From a virus (Duplodnaviria; Caudoviricetes), in the IMG/VR virus record IMGVR_UViG_3300010348_002226, positions 5,484 through 69,483 of that record: 64,000 nt of DNA. One strand, written 5' to 3'. A model generated the notes under the pieces. The model ran no database searches. It was not told the origin of the DNA and saw only the letters and a list, made by a program, of their open reading frames with translations. Shown here in pieces: positions 25,739 to 34,181 of the stretch. Every line of letters begins with the position of its first letter. Position 1 is the stretch's first letter. The position numbers were made by a program, and so were the translations under genes.

Positions 25739-26479
25739 ATGTCCGCCCTCACCCCGACCTCGCCAGCCGCCACGCCCGCGGTCACCGGTGCCTTCGCCGA
25801 CCTCGCGCTGCCGACCATCGCGACGTCCGATGGCAGCTTCTCGTACGACGTGACGCCGCACGACCTGCTCACGCTCGCGCGTTCGATCCGCAAGGAGGGC
25901 AAGAGCGACCTCGCGGAGCTGGCGTGGACGTACGCGCAGCGGCTCGTCGCGATGCGGACGACCTTCGACTCGCTCGCCGAGCTGGTCACCGCGCACAGCC
26001 AGCCGATCAACCCGAAGTGGTTCCCCGACGGCGAGTTCTGCCGGCCCGGTGGGCGGTACCACGGGACGTCGTCCTGCGCGCACGCGGCCGAGCGGCCCGG
26101 CAACGCGGCGATCCCGTGGACGGACATCGAGTCGTCAGTGCGCCTCGGCGTCGCGCGCTGGGCTGCGGGGCACACGCCGAACCCCGTACCGAAGTCGGTG
26201 GACTTCGCGGAAGCGGGGCTGGTCGCGCGGAAGGTCGCGGGCGCGAATCCGAGTGGCTTCGCGTACGTCCAGCAGGGCGTCCCGTGGGTACGCAACAGCT
26301 TCGTCTCGACGCCGGCTTCGCGCGCGTGGCCGCCGTTCTACGTCCAGCTCCGCGTGAACGGGCGCGTCGTTTCGGACGACCCCCGCTACCTCTGGCCGAT
26401 GGACCTCATCGGCCCCCTCGTCGCGACGGCGGGCGCACTCACCGCCGGCGCAATCTACCTCTTTGGACGACGCCCATGA
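25739..26479 (+). CDS. Tail-anchored SleB-like cell-wall hydrolase candidate
   Basis: DLLTLARSIRKEG; C-terminal TM plus GRRP. Confidence 0.55.
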   Translation: MSALTPTSPAATPAVTGAFADLALPTIATSDGSFSYDVTPHDLLTLARSIRKEGKSDLAELAWTYAQRLVAMRTTFDSLAELVTAHSQPINPKWFPDGEFCRPGGRYHGTSSCAHAAERPGNAAIPWTDIESSVRLGVARWAAGHTPNPVPKSVDFAEAGLVARKVAGANPSGFAYVQQGVPWVRNSFVSTPASRAWPPFYVQLRVNGRVVSDDPRYLWPMDLIGPLVATAGALTAGAIYLFGRRP

Positions 26480-26688
26480 CCACACGCACCTCGATTCCGC
26501 CGGACATCACGCAGATTCACAGCGCCCGCCTGGCTCCCACGATCTGGGAGGTCTCGTGGCGCGATGGGCAGGGCGATTTCTGGTCGGGCCAAGGGGCGAG
26601 CTACGAGCAGGCGATGCACGTCGCGTCGCGCAAGCACGCTGCGACGAAGGCGGGTCCGACGCATTGGGGCCCGGAGCCGCCGGCGTGA
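26476..26688 (+). CDS. Hypothetical protein
   Basis: Overlaps both neighbours. Confidence 0.55.
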   Translation: MTTRTSIPPDITQIHSARLAPTIWEVSWRDGQGDFWSGQGASYEQAMHVASRKHAATKAGPTHWGPEPPA

Positions 26689-27047
26689 CGTACCGCGCCG
26701 CCGTCGTCGCCGTCTTCGATCCGTTCGGCCGCGTGCTCGCGCTGCGGGACGGATCGGGCTACCGCCTCCCGGGCGGGCTCATCGAGCCGAACGAGACGCC
26801 CGAGATCGCCGGGCGTCGCGAGGTCCGCGAGGAGACGGGCCTCGACGTCCGCGTGGGGCCCGTCCAGGCGCGCAGCGGTGCTACGGCGTACCTCGTCGCG
26901 CGGGGCTACCGCGGCGGCACCCTACGTGCGGGCGGCGAAGGGGCCCCGGTGTGGGTCCTGCCGACGGCGCTCTTCCCCCATCCGCGCTTCGGCCTGTCCG
27001 CGCGGCAGTTCTTCCGCATCCTCGCAACGAAAGGCGATCGCCCATGA
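26685..27047 (+). CDS. Nudix hydrolase
   Basis: Nudix box GGLIEPNETPEIAGRREVREETGL. Confidence 0.9.
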   Translation: MTYRAAVVAVFDPFGRVLALRDGSGYRLPGGLIEPNETPEIAGRREVREETGLDVRVGPVQARSGATAYLVARGYRGGTLRAGGEGAPVWVLPTALFPHPRFGLSARQFFRILATKGDRP

Positions 27048-27985
27048 AGACGACCCCGAAGATCGGCCCCCGCATGCCCGGAGGCGCCTTCACGAAGGCA
27101 CGCACGACCGAGACGAAGCTCGGCACCTGCACGGTGAAGCGGAAGACACGCGTCTTCACGCGCACGAAAGGCAACGCGATACTCAGACGTCAGATCGACA
27201 TCGACATCGACTGCGGTGAAGGTCGCACAGGCGGTATCAACGCGCGCCACTACCCGTCGCGCGACGAGGACTACTCGCGCGCCTACGGGCTCCGCACGCC
27301 GCGCCCGCTCTGGTTCGTCGGCGAGGTCGACACGGAGGAACGCGCCCAGCGGCAAGGAATTGCGACGCGTGCCTACGAAGCGCTCGCGAAGTACGTCTGC
27401 CGCCAGGGCGGCTTGCTCGTATCGAACGCGCGCCTGGCAGACGCGTACTCGAACGACTTCTGGCAGAAGCAGCTCCGCAAGGGGCGTGCGCGCGTTGTCG
27501 AAAAGCACGGTGACGCCTTCGTCCACGCGACGGTGCTGCTCGACTGCCGGCACGCCGGCGACCTCTCGGGCGGCCTCGGGCAGCTCACGACGCGGACTTC
27601 GCGCGTGGTGCTCGCAGCGAAGGCGGCGGGCTACCGTGTGGACGCGAAGGGCCGTGTCATCGCGCCGTCGGGCCGGGTCCGCAAGACGCAGACGAAGGGC
27701 TCGGCGCACGGGCCCTACCGCTACCGCACCTTCTCGATGAAGGACGGCGAGCACGTCGTCGCGGTCCCCGTCGCCCACCTCGCGGCGGCCCAGAAGTACG
27801 GGAAGAAGGCGCTCCGGGCCGGCGTCGAAGTCCGGCACCTGAACGACCGCTCGACCGACGACCGGCTCGTGAACATCGCGATCGGCTCGCGGCACACGAA
27901 CATCATGGACTCGCCGAAGGCGAAGCGCGTGCGGATCGCGAAGGCCGGAGCCCGCGCCGCGAAGCGCGCCCGACGGAAACGCTGA
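27044..27985 (+). CDS. GNAT acetyltransferase-HNH nuclease fusion
   Basis: AQRQGIA motif A; VRHLNDRSTDDRLVNI...N HNH-like; LSGGLG linker. Confidence 0.7.
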   Translation: MKTTPKIGPRMPGGAFTKARTTETKLGTCTVKRKTRVFTRTKGNAILRRQIDIDIDCGEGRTGGINARHYPSRDEDYSRAYGLRTPRPLWFVGEVDTEERAQRQGIATRAYEALAKYVCRQGGLLVSNARLADAYSNDFWQKQLRKGRARVVEKHGDAFVHATVLLDCRHAGDLSGGLGQLTTRTSRVVLAAKAAGYRVDAKGRVIAPSGRVRKTQTKGSAHGPYRYRTFSMKDGEHVVAVPVAHLAAAQKYGKKALRAGVEVRHLNDRSTDDRLVNIAIGSRHTNIMDSPKAKRVRIAKAGARAAKRARRKR

Positions 27986-28007
27986 AGCCCTCCTCGCGGA
28001 GGGCTTC
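27984..28007. terminator. Hairpin between convergent genes
   Basis: GAAGCCCTCC-N4-GGAGGGCTTC. Confidence 0.7.
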
Positions 28008-28012
28008 GGCGT

Positions 28013-28180
28013 TCATCCCTTCGGTTCCTTCCGCAGCCCGAGCGTCCGGGCGAGCCCCTCGCCGACGTCGACGTAGGGGACCATCTTCAGCGCGAGGCGC
28101 TTCAGCTCGTCGACCTCGTCGGTGGTGAGGTCGCGCTTCCACGCGAGCGCCTTCACGCGGTCGACCTCTTCGTTCGTCAT
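28013..28180 (-). CDS. Small hypothetical protein
   Basis: Start MTNEEV; chain of overlapping genes. Confidence 0.6.
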   Translation of the reverse strand: MTNEEVDRVKALAWKRDLTTDEVDELKRLALKMVPYVDVGEGLARTLGLRKEPKG

Positions 28181-28530
28181 CGCGCCCCCACGAAGACGTC
28201 CGTGAGGAGCAGCCGCGTGCCGCCGTCGAAGGGTGGCATTTCGAGCCCGAGGATGGGTCCGATGCCGTTCGCGCGCAGCACGTAGACGGTCCGCCCGGAG
28301 AGGGAAAGGAAGTCGCGCTCCTTGAAGAGGTCGAGGACGCGGCGGATCCATTCGCAGCCCTCGGCCGTCCCCACGCGGCTGTTGCCGGCCTTGTCGTAGG
28401 TGTCGAGCACGATGCCCATGCTCTGCCCCGCGCCGCCGAAGTCGAAGCCGATCGTGCAGACGAGGATGCCGCGATCTTCCTGCCCCACGGTCGCGTGCGT
28501 CACGCGCGCGAGTTCCTTCACGAGTCCCAT
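28177..28530 (-). CDS. Hypothetical phage protein
   Basis: Start MGLVKELA. Confidence 0.65.
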   Translation of the reverse strand: MGLVKELARVTHATVGQEDRGILVCTIGFDFGGAGQSMGIVLDTYDKAGNSRVGTAEGCEWIRRVLDLFKERDFLSLSGRTVYVLRANGIGPILGLEMPPFDGGTRLLLTDVFVGAR

Positions 28531-29015
28531 CACAGCACCTCCGTCGCCTTCTGCGCTTCGCGCACCTCGCCGAACGTGCCGTCTGCGTGCACACGGCGCC
28601 ACGGACCCTTGTAGACGACACGCCAGTACGCATTGCCGCCGTCGAGCGCGACGTTGCCGCATCGGCACTTCACGAAGTGGTGCCGCGCCATCGACTCGAT
28701 GACGTCGCCGCACGACATGCACTCCACGCGGTTTCGCTTCAGCTCGACCGTGAGCTGCCCACGGCGCCGGAAGACGCTGAGCAGGCCGAGGATCGCCCAC
28801 GCGGTCGCAGCCTCGCGCCGGAGCGCGTCGATCCGCTCGCTGAAGCGGAAGAGGTCGAGTCGCTGCTCGGCGACCGTGGCCTTCTCGAAAGCGAGCGAGG
28901 CTTCGGCCACCTGCATGTCGTTCCAGACGGCGCGGAAGACGTCCCACGAGACCGACTCGGGTGGGGGCTCTTCGCCGCGCATCATCGCGAGGATCGTGTC
29001 GCGGTTGTAGGTCAT
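28530..29015 (-). CDS. Zn-ribbon phage protein
   Basis: CMSCGDVIES...CRCGNVALDGG. Confidence 0.75.
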   Translation of the reverse strand: MTYNRDTILAMMRGEEPPPESVSWDVFRAVWNDMQVAEASLAFEKATVAEQRLDLFRFSERIDALRREAATAWAILGLLSVFRRRGQLTVELKRNRVECMSCGDVIESMARHHFVKCRCGNVALDGGNAYWRVVYKGPWRRVHADGTFGEVREAQKATEVL

Positions 29016-29239
29016 CGCGCAGCCTCCCGCACGAGGACGTCGTGCCCGCGGCTACGCAACGCGGCGAAGCATTCCTCGGGGTGCGCGCGGAAGCACTGCC
29101 CGCGGCGGTGCCCCACCGGAGCGCCGTCGAGCGAAAGCTCCTGACGGAAAACGCCCTCTGGCTCTTCCCACGTGAGGGTGAAGGAACGTCGTCCCGCTGT
29201 GTCGGGTGACGAGTCGTAGGTGCACACGAAGGTGGTCAT
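29012..29239 (-). CDS. Hypothetical protein
   Basis: ATGA overlaps. Confidence 0.55.
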   Translation of the reverse strand: MTTFVCTYDSSPDTAGRRSFTLTWEEPEGVFRQELSLDGAPVGHRRGQCFRAHPEECFAALRSRGHDVLVREAAR

Positions 29240-29454
29240 CGTTCGTCTCCGTCGGTTCGGGCTTGGACCTCGCGCACGGCGGCCGAGAGGTCGTTGTAGA
29301 GGTCGGCGAGCAGCTCCAGGTCCATGCCGCTACCGCGGCACCACCAGCAGCGTTCGGTGGCGTTGTTGTCGGGCTCGACGGGCACGAAGCCCGCACCGCC
29401 GCACTTCTCGCAGAGGAAGTCGTCCGGCTTCACGTGTTCGCGGGGCGTGGTCAT
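29236..29454 (-). CDS. Small CxxCxGxG zinc-finger protein
   Basis: CEKCGGAG, CWWCRGSG. Confidence 0.7.
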   Translation of the reverse strand: MTTPREHVKPDDFLCEKCGGAGFVPVEPDNNATERCWWCRGSGMDLELLADLYNDLSAAVREVQARTDGDER

Positions 29455-29774
29455 CGGCCGGTCTCCTCGGAATCGGGGAAGAGGGCGATCAGGCCGCGGA
29501 TCCTCCGGAAGGCGAGGACAGCCTGGTCGGCGAGCAGCGCAGCACGAAGCATCCGGATGTCGAACGGCGCGTTGTGCACCGGATGCTGCGGGGCGCGCGT
29601 CTGGTCGAGTTGCGCGAAGACCTCGTGCTGCCACAAGGCCACCTCGAAGGGGTCCCGCGTGCCGCGCGCAGGGAGCGCCGTGCGACAGAGCCGTTCGGCG
29701 TCGGGGATGTAGGTGAGGACGAGGTTGCGCATGCGGGCCTCCTCGTCGGTGAAGGCGCGGTTCGGTTCGGTCAC
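29451..29774 (-). CDS. Hypothetical protein
   Basis: SD AAGGAGGT before GTG. Confidence 0.65.
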   Translation of the reverse strand: MTEPNRAFTDEEARMRNLVLTYIPDAERLCRTALPARGTRDPFEVALWQHEVFAQLDQTRAPQHPVHNAPFDIRMLRAALLADQAVLAFRRIRGLIALFPDSEETGR

Positions 29775-29839
29775 GTCAGTGACCTCCTTGTCTCTTGGGT
29801 TGCGGTCTCCGAGCGCTGCGGTTGCGCTCAGGTTGTCCC

Positions 29840-29867
29840 AAGATAGACAAAAGGGAGTGGGCGTCAA
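29840..29867 (-). promoter_or_regulatory. sigma70-like promoter for the 29774-28013 operon
   Basis: TTGACG-N16-TATCTT. Confidence 0.65.
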
Positions 29868-29956
29868 GCCCCCTCCCCTCTGCGCCTTCGGGATTGTCGC
29901 CCCGCTGGTCTTGTTGGCCTCCCCAACCTAGCCCCGGGCCGCAGGCCCGGCAACCG

Positions 29957-30550
29957 TCACTTCGCGGTCCGCCAGAACACCCAGCCCGCGATGCCGAGGG
30001 CGGCGATGCCCGCGATCCAGCCGTAGCCGCCGCTCGGCTTGCCGATGCGGTTGTGGAGCCACGCGGCCCATCGGTCGTAGCCCTCGACGGCGAAGTGGAC
30101 GTCGTCGTCGCGCATCGGCAGGTTCGCCGTCACGCCCCGGGAGTCGATCCACTGGTCCGCGCCCGCTTCCCGCCAGACCGACGCTTGGTGGAGCGTCGTC
30201 GCACGGTGGCGGGTGTCGACTTCGAGCGCGTCGGCCGTCGGGGGGCCGACGATCACGACCTTCGCTCCCGGGTTCGCCGTCGAGCGCAGCATGCCGACCG
30301 CGGTCGCGAGCCGGGCCTTGTAGGTCTCCCGGTCCGTGATCTGGTCGTTGCCACCGACCTCGAAGACGACGAGGTCCATCCCGCGTGCGAGGTTCGAGAG
30401 GTGCGCCTCGTTGATGAACTTCACGAGGGACCAGCCCGGGTGGGCGGTGCCGGTCACCTCGACGCTCGGGTCGTCCTGCTCGTAGAGGCGCTTGAGCCGG
30501 GGCCCGAGCGCCTGCATGTGGCTGTCGCCGATGAGCACGATCTTCGTCAT
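29957..30550 (-). CDS. Tail-anchored SGNH/GDSL hydrolase
   Basis: IGDSHM, VGGND, DDVHF; C-terminal TM plus RTAK. Confidence 0.85.
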   Translation of the reverse strand: MTKIVLIGDSHMQALGPRLKRLYEQDDPSVEVTGTAHPGWSLVKFINEAHLSNLARGMDLVVFEVGGNDQITDRETYKARLATAVGMLRSTANPGAKVVIVGPPTADALEVDTRHRATTLHQASVWREAGADQWIDSRGVTANLPMRDDDVHFAVEGYDRWAAWLHNRIGKPSGGYGWIAGIAALGIAGWVFWRTAK

Positions 30551-30553
30551 GGT

Positions 30554-31060
30554 TCAGTCCCAGTTGTAGCGCGCCTGGCGGGCCGCGTGGGCACGCCGCA
30601 CGGCGAGCGATTCCTTGGTGATCGTGAACGCGTCGCCTTTGAAGGCGTCGCTCCACTGTTCGCACGCGATGTACTTCTTGGCGACGGCCACGGACGGGAA
30701 CCAGCCGTGCGTCACCTGCCGCCCCTCACGGTCAACCGACCGTACGTGGTACGTCGCGGCGCGGGTGACGAAGTACGTGCCGCCCGGGCAGATCGGGAAA
30801 CCGTTGCGGTCGAACTTCGGCCTGGTCGCCGCTTTCGCGACGCGGACGACGCGCCCCGACACGCCCTTCGTCGGCTTCTTCGTCGGCGCTGCGCGGCGCC
30901 GCGGGGTGCTGCCCCGCATCGCCCCGATCAGCTTCGGCGCGCACGTCTTGGCGCACTTGACGAGGCACGTCTTCTGCTTCGTCGTCAGCTTGAGGCCCTT
31001 CAGCCGTCGGTCTGCAGTCGCGCGCTTCCGCTTCGTGGGTTTCTTCTTCGGTTTCGCCAT
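30554..31060 (-). CDS. Very basic core/DNA-binding-like protein
   Basis: K/R-rich, start MAKPKKK. Confidence 0.7.
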   Translation of the reverse strand: MAKPKKKPTKRKRATADRRLKGLKLTTKQKTCLVKCAKTCAPKLIGAMRGSTPRRRAAPTKKPTKGVSGRVVRVAKAATRPKFDRNGFPICPGGTYFVTRAATYHVRSVDREGRQVTHGWFPSVAVAKKYIACEQWSDAFKGDAFTITKESLAVRRAHAARQARYNWD

Positions 31061-31062
31061 GT

Positions 31063-31509
31063 TCACTTCCTCCGCCGCTTCGTCGCGGCCTTCTTCTTGC
31101 GGAGCCCGGAGAGGTCGCTCGCGTGCGCACACGACAACTCGAAGATGGGCCCGTACTTGTTCTCGCCGACGACCTTCGCGCGCCCCTTCCGGAGTTGCTT
31201 GGCCCAGAAGTCGTGGGACTTGGCGCCGACCACGCGCTCGTCCGAGACGAGCTTCATGCGCTTGCGGCACGCCGTCTGCGCGAGCGCTTCGTAGAGCTTC
31301 GTCGCGTAGCCGTGGCGCTGGTACGCCGAGTCGACCTCGACGTGCGTGACGCGGACACGGCGCTTGCGGCCCTCGTGGACGACGGCACCGAAGATCCAGC
31401 CGACCTCGTCGTAGCCGTCGCACACCATGCGGAAGCCGAAGACGTTCTGCGTGTAGTAGCGGCTCACGCCCTCGGGCTTCGGTACCGGCTTGACGACGCA
31501 GGTGCTCAT
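31063..31509 (-). CDS. GNAT acetyltransferase with a basic tail
   Basis: VEVDSAYQRHGYA; paralog of the 27044 N-terminal domain. Confidence 0.75.
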   Translation of the reverse strand: MSTCVVKPVPKPEGVSRYYTQNVFGFRMVCDGYDEVGWIFGAVVHEGRKRRVRVTHVEVDSAYQRHGYATKLYEALAQTACRKRMKLVSDERVVGAKSHDFWAKQLRKGRAKVVGENKYGPIFELSCAHASDLSGLRKKKAATKRRRK

Positions 31510-32771
31510 CGCCGCGCTCGCTTTCGCTTGCCGGACGCGACGATCGAGGCGACCTTCCGCTTCCGCTTCGTCTGCTTCACGCCGCAGCCCTTGTAGACGA
31601 GCGCGTAGGCGATCGCCGCCGCCTGCTGCGGGCGCTTCCCTTGGCAGACGAGGTGCCGCATGTTCTTCTTGAACGCGGCCTCGGAGCATCCGCGCGAGAC
31701 CTTCTTCGGCACATCCTTGCAGCGCGTCTTCTTCGTCGACTTCTTCATCGACTTGCCCTTCCGCGAGACGCCCGAGAGCCCGTCGAGGAACTCCGTCGGG
31801 TCGACCTCGCCCGCGTCGAGTGGGATGCCGTTCTTGTACTTCCAGAAGGCGAGCGCACAGTCGTAGAGCGCCTTGTGCCACACGGCGCGCTTCGTCTGCG
31901 CGTGCTCCGTGTTCACCTTGCGCTTCGACGGGCCGTGCTCCTTGCCGGCCGCGCGATGCCAGTACGCCTCGCTGCGCGTGAAGCCCGAGCGGAACTGCTT
32001 GTACGTCTGCCCCGTGCACGGCAGGAAGTCGACGGCCCACGGGTCGATGTCTTCGTACCGCGGCGCCGGGCCCTTCACGTCGACGAGCCGCTTTATCACG
32101 AGCCGCGCGATCCGCCGCCGATTCGCCTTCGTCGCCTTCCGCTTACCGTGTACGTCGATCGGCGAGCCGTCGAGTCCGCGCACGCCTTCCGCGGCAGCTT
32201 TCTCGTCTTCGATTTCTCGCAGGAGCCGCGCGTACTGCGACGCGTACTTCTCGGCCAGCGACGGATCTGCACGTAGGAGCACGTCCACCTGCGCTTTCTT
32301 CTTCTCGGCCGGCGTGAGGACCCGCACTGCTTCGGCGGCCGCCGCGCGATTCTCGCCGCTCGCTTCGGCAACACGCGCTCGCAGGTGCCGTTCGTAGATG
32401 GCGTCGAAGAGCCGCCCGCTTTCGTCGTCGTCCAGCACACGGGACGGGTCGTACGTCGCGTGTGGTGCGGTGGGCGCCGGGAGTGCTACGACGCGCCGCG
32501 CGCGCTTCTGCTCTCCCGCCCTACGCGGTTGAAGGTGGCGCGGTGTCGTCGGCGGCTCGGAACGCGGCGATGGCGGTACCGCCGCGCGTTCACGTACCTT
32601 CGGCGCGTGGTAGTCGCGTGCGGGCCCGACGTTGCGGCCCTCGTCGTCCACGCGCTGCACCTTTACGCGTTTCGGCGGAGGGCAGCGCGTGTGCGACGGG
32701 ACTGTCACGCGCACGGCCCCCGGGCATTCGTGGGGCTTTACGCGCCCGATTCCGTTCGTTCCGTCTCGCAT
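31506..32771 (-). CDS. Large basic protein ending in a QAAAIAY motif
   Basis: 421 aa; NMRHLVCQGKRPQQAAAIAY; K-rich tail; start codon uncertain. Confidence 0.65.
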   Translation of the reverse strand: MRDGTNGIGRVKPHECPGAVRVTVPSHTRCPPPKRVKVQRVDDEGRNVGPARDYHAPKVRERAAVPPSPRSEPPTTPRHLQPRRAGEQKRARRVVALPAPTAPHATYDPSRVLDDDESGRLFDAIYERHLRARVAEASGENRAAAAEAVRVLTPAEKKKAQVDVLLRADPSLAEKYASQYARLLREIEDEKAAAEGVRGLDGSPIDVHGKRKATKANRRRIARLVIKRLVDVKGPAPRYEDIDPWAVDFLPCTGQTYKQFRSGFTRSEAYWHRAAGKEHGPSKRKVNTEHAQTKRAVWHKALYDCALAFWKYKNGIPLDAGEVDPTEFLDGLSGVSRKGKSMKKSTKKTRCKDVPKKVSRGCSEAAFKKNMRHLVCQGKRPQQAAAIAYALVYKGCGVKQTKRKRKVASIVASGKRKRARR

Positions 32772-32838
32772 ACACGTGGTGTACCGCGTCCGGGCACTAC
32801 AGCCGCCCCCGGGCCCCCGGGCCCCCCTCCCGGGCCCC

Positions 32839-32877
32839 GGGAAGCTCCCCTGGGAAGCTCCCCTGGGAAGCTCCCCC
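32839..32877. repeat. Three tandem 13-bp units GGGAAGCTCCCC(T/C)
   Basis: Units start at 32839, 32852 and 32865. Confidence 0.85.
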
Positions 32878-32946
32878 GGGAGCTACCGCTAGCTCCCCCG
32901 GGACCTACATCCACCTACCTTTGTGTCACCTATTAGGTGTTACCGC

Positions 32947-32978
32947 TTGATTGTCGTGATAGAATATCCTATCACGAC
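32947..32978. promoter_or_regulatory. Operator-like palindrome overlapping a weak promoter match
   Basis: GTCGTGATAG-N6-CTATCACGAC; TTGATT-N17-TATCAC. Confidence 0.55.
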
Positions 32979-33575
32979 GTAACGTCTATCTTGGGCCACC
33001 TCGGCAAGGGTCGGGGGGCACGGGACGCCCCTCCGGGAGCGCCCAAGGGCGGGCCTCGCCTCGCCTCCCCCCGCGGACGGGTGGGGGGCAGGGGGCCCGC
33101 CAGGGAGACGCCCGACGGGTCTTTGACAACCGAATACGACGGCCGCGCGAGCCCCGCACCACGGGGGATCGCGCGGATGGCCGAACCATCGCACGAAGCG
33201 TGCGACGGTCGGACCGGGCAGGTCAACAGAAGGCGTGCCCCTCCGATCGTGCCCCCCATCCTCATACGTACGGGAGGAGGGGGCGAGCGTCGCGGGTTGA
33301 CGCCCCGCGCCGGTAGTAGGCCGACGGACTAATACAGTGGGCCCCTCGAAAGGGGGGACGACGGTCCGGACCGAGCCATGGGGGCCACCCACCACGCCGT
33401 AAGTCGCTACGCATCGCCGAACGATGCACGCGGGATCGATGGGAGTGCGGGATGCCACGCTCCCCGCTGAAGAATGCCCATGGACTGGTCCGGACGTCGC
33501 GGGACGTCGCGACCCTCTGCAGGGTCGCGCCGCGCCGCGAGGGGCATTCCGCCCCGTCGAAGGAGAGACCGCACC

Positions 33576-33785
33576 ATGACGACCACGACGACCCCGGCCC
33601 CGCTTCCGCATCGCGCCGCGCTCCACGACGCCTACGAAAAGGCGATCGCGATCGCCAACGTCAAGCGCCGGCTCGCGGCCCGCTCCCTTTGGGATGGCCG
33701 GATGGAGGAGTACCGGGAGCGCCTCGCCGCCTACGAGGCTGCCGAGGCGGAAGCGACGGAGCGCCTTCTCGCCCTCATCTGCTAG
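33576..33785 (+). CDS. Small early protein
   Basis: Leader GAAGGAGAGACCGCACC. Confidence 0.7.
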   Translation: MTTTTTPAPLPHRAALHDAYEKAIAIANVKRRLAARSLWDGRMEEYRERLAAYEAAEAEATERLLALIC

Positions 33786-33879
33786 AGCCGGCCCGCCCTA
33801 CGGGGACGCGCCCTCGCGTGACGGGTCGAAGCATCGACCCGTGACGCGACGGAGCATCCGTCGAAGGAGAGACCGCACC

Positions 33880-34146
33880 ATGCCGATCAACAGCTACGCG
33901 CAATTCCACGTCGAGACGTCCGCCGCGGCCGCGCGAAAGGCGCACGCGCGTCAGATGCGGGGAGAGTACGCGCTTTACGTCTACTTCCTCCCGGGAGGCG
34001 GCCGCATCGAAGCGCATCCGGAGAGCCCCGGCCCCGAATGGGAGCTTGCGTGGCCGGAACGCCTCCCCGCGAACCTGACCGTCGACCAGATGGTTCGGTA
34101 CTTCGCCGAACGTACCGGGCGACTTCCCTACCTGCCCAACGACTGA
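33880..34146 (+). CDS. Small early protein
   Basis: Leader identical to that of 33576. Confidence 0.7.
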   Translation: MPINSYAQFHVETSAAAARKAHARQMRGEYALYVYFLPGGGRIEAHPESPGPEWELAWPERLPANLTVDQMVRYFAERTGRLPYLPND

Positions 34147-34181
34147 CCTGCCATCCATCGACCCGAAGGAGACCCCGCACC

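Noticed and set aside
32839-32900. Tandem 13-mers or the TGAAACA array as a CRISPR array
   Set aside because: Units are too short, with no unique spacers or cas operon; the Cas4-like nuclease sits in a recombination module.
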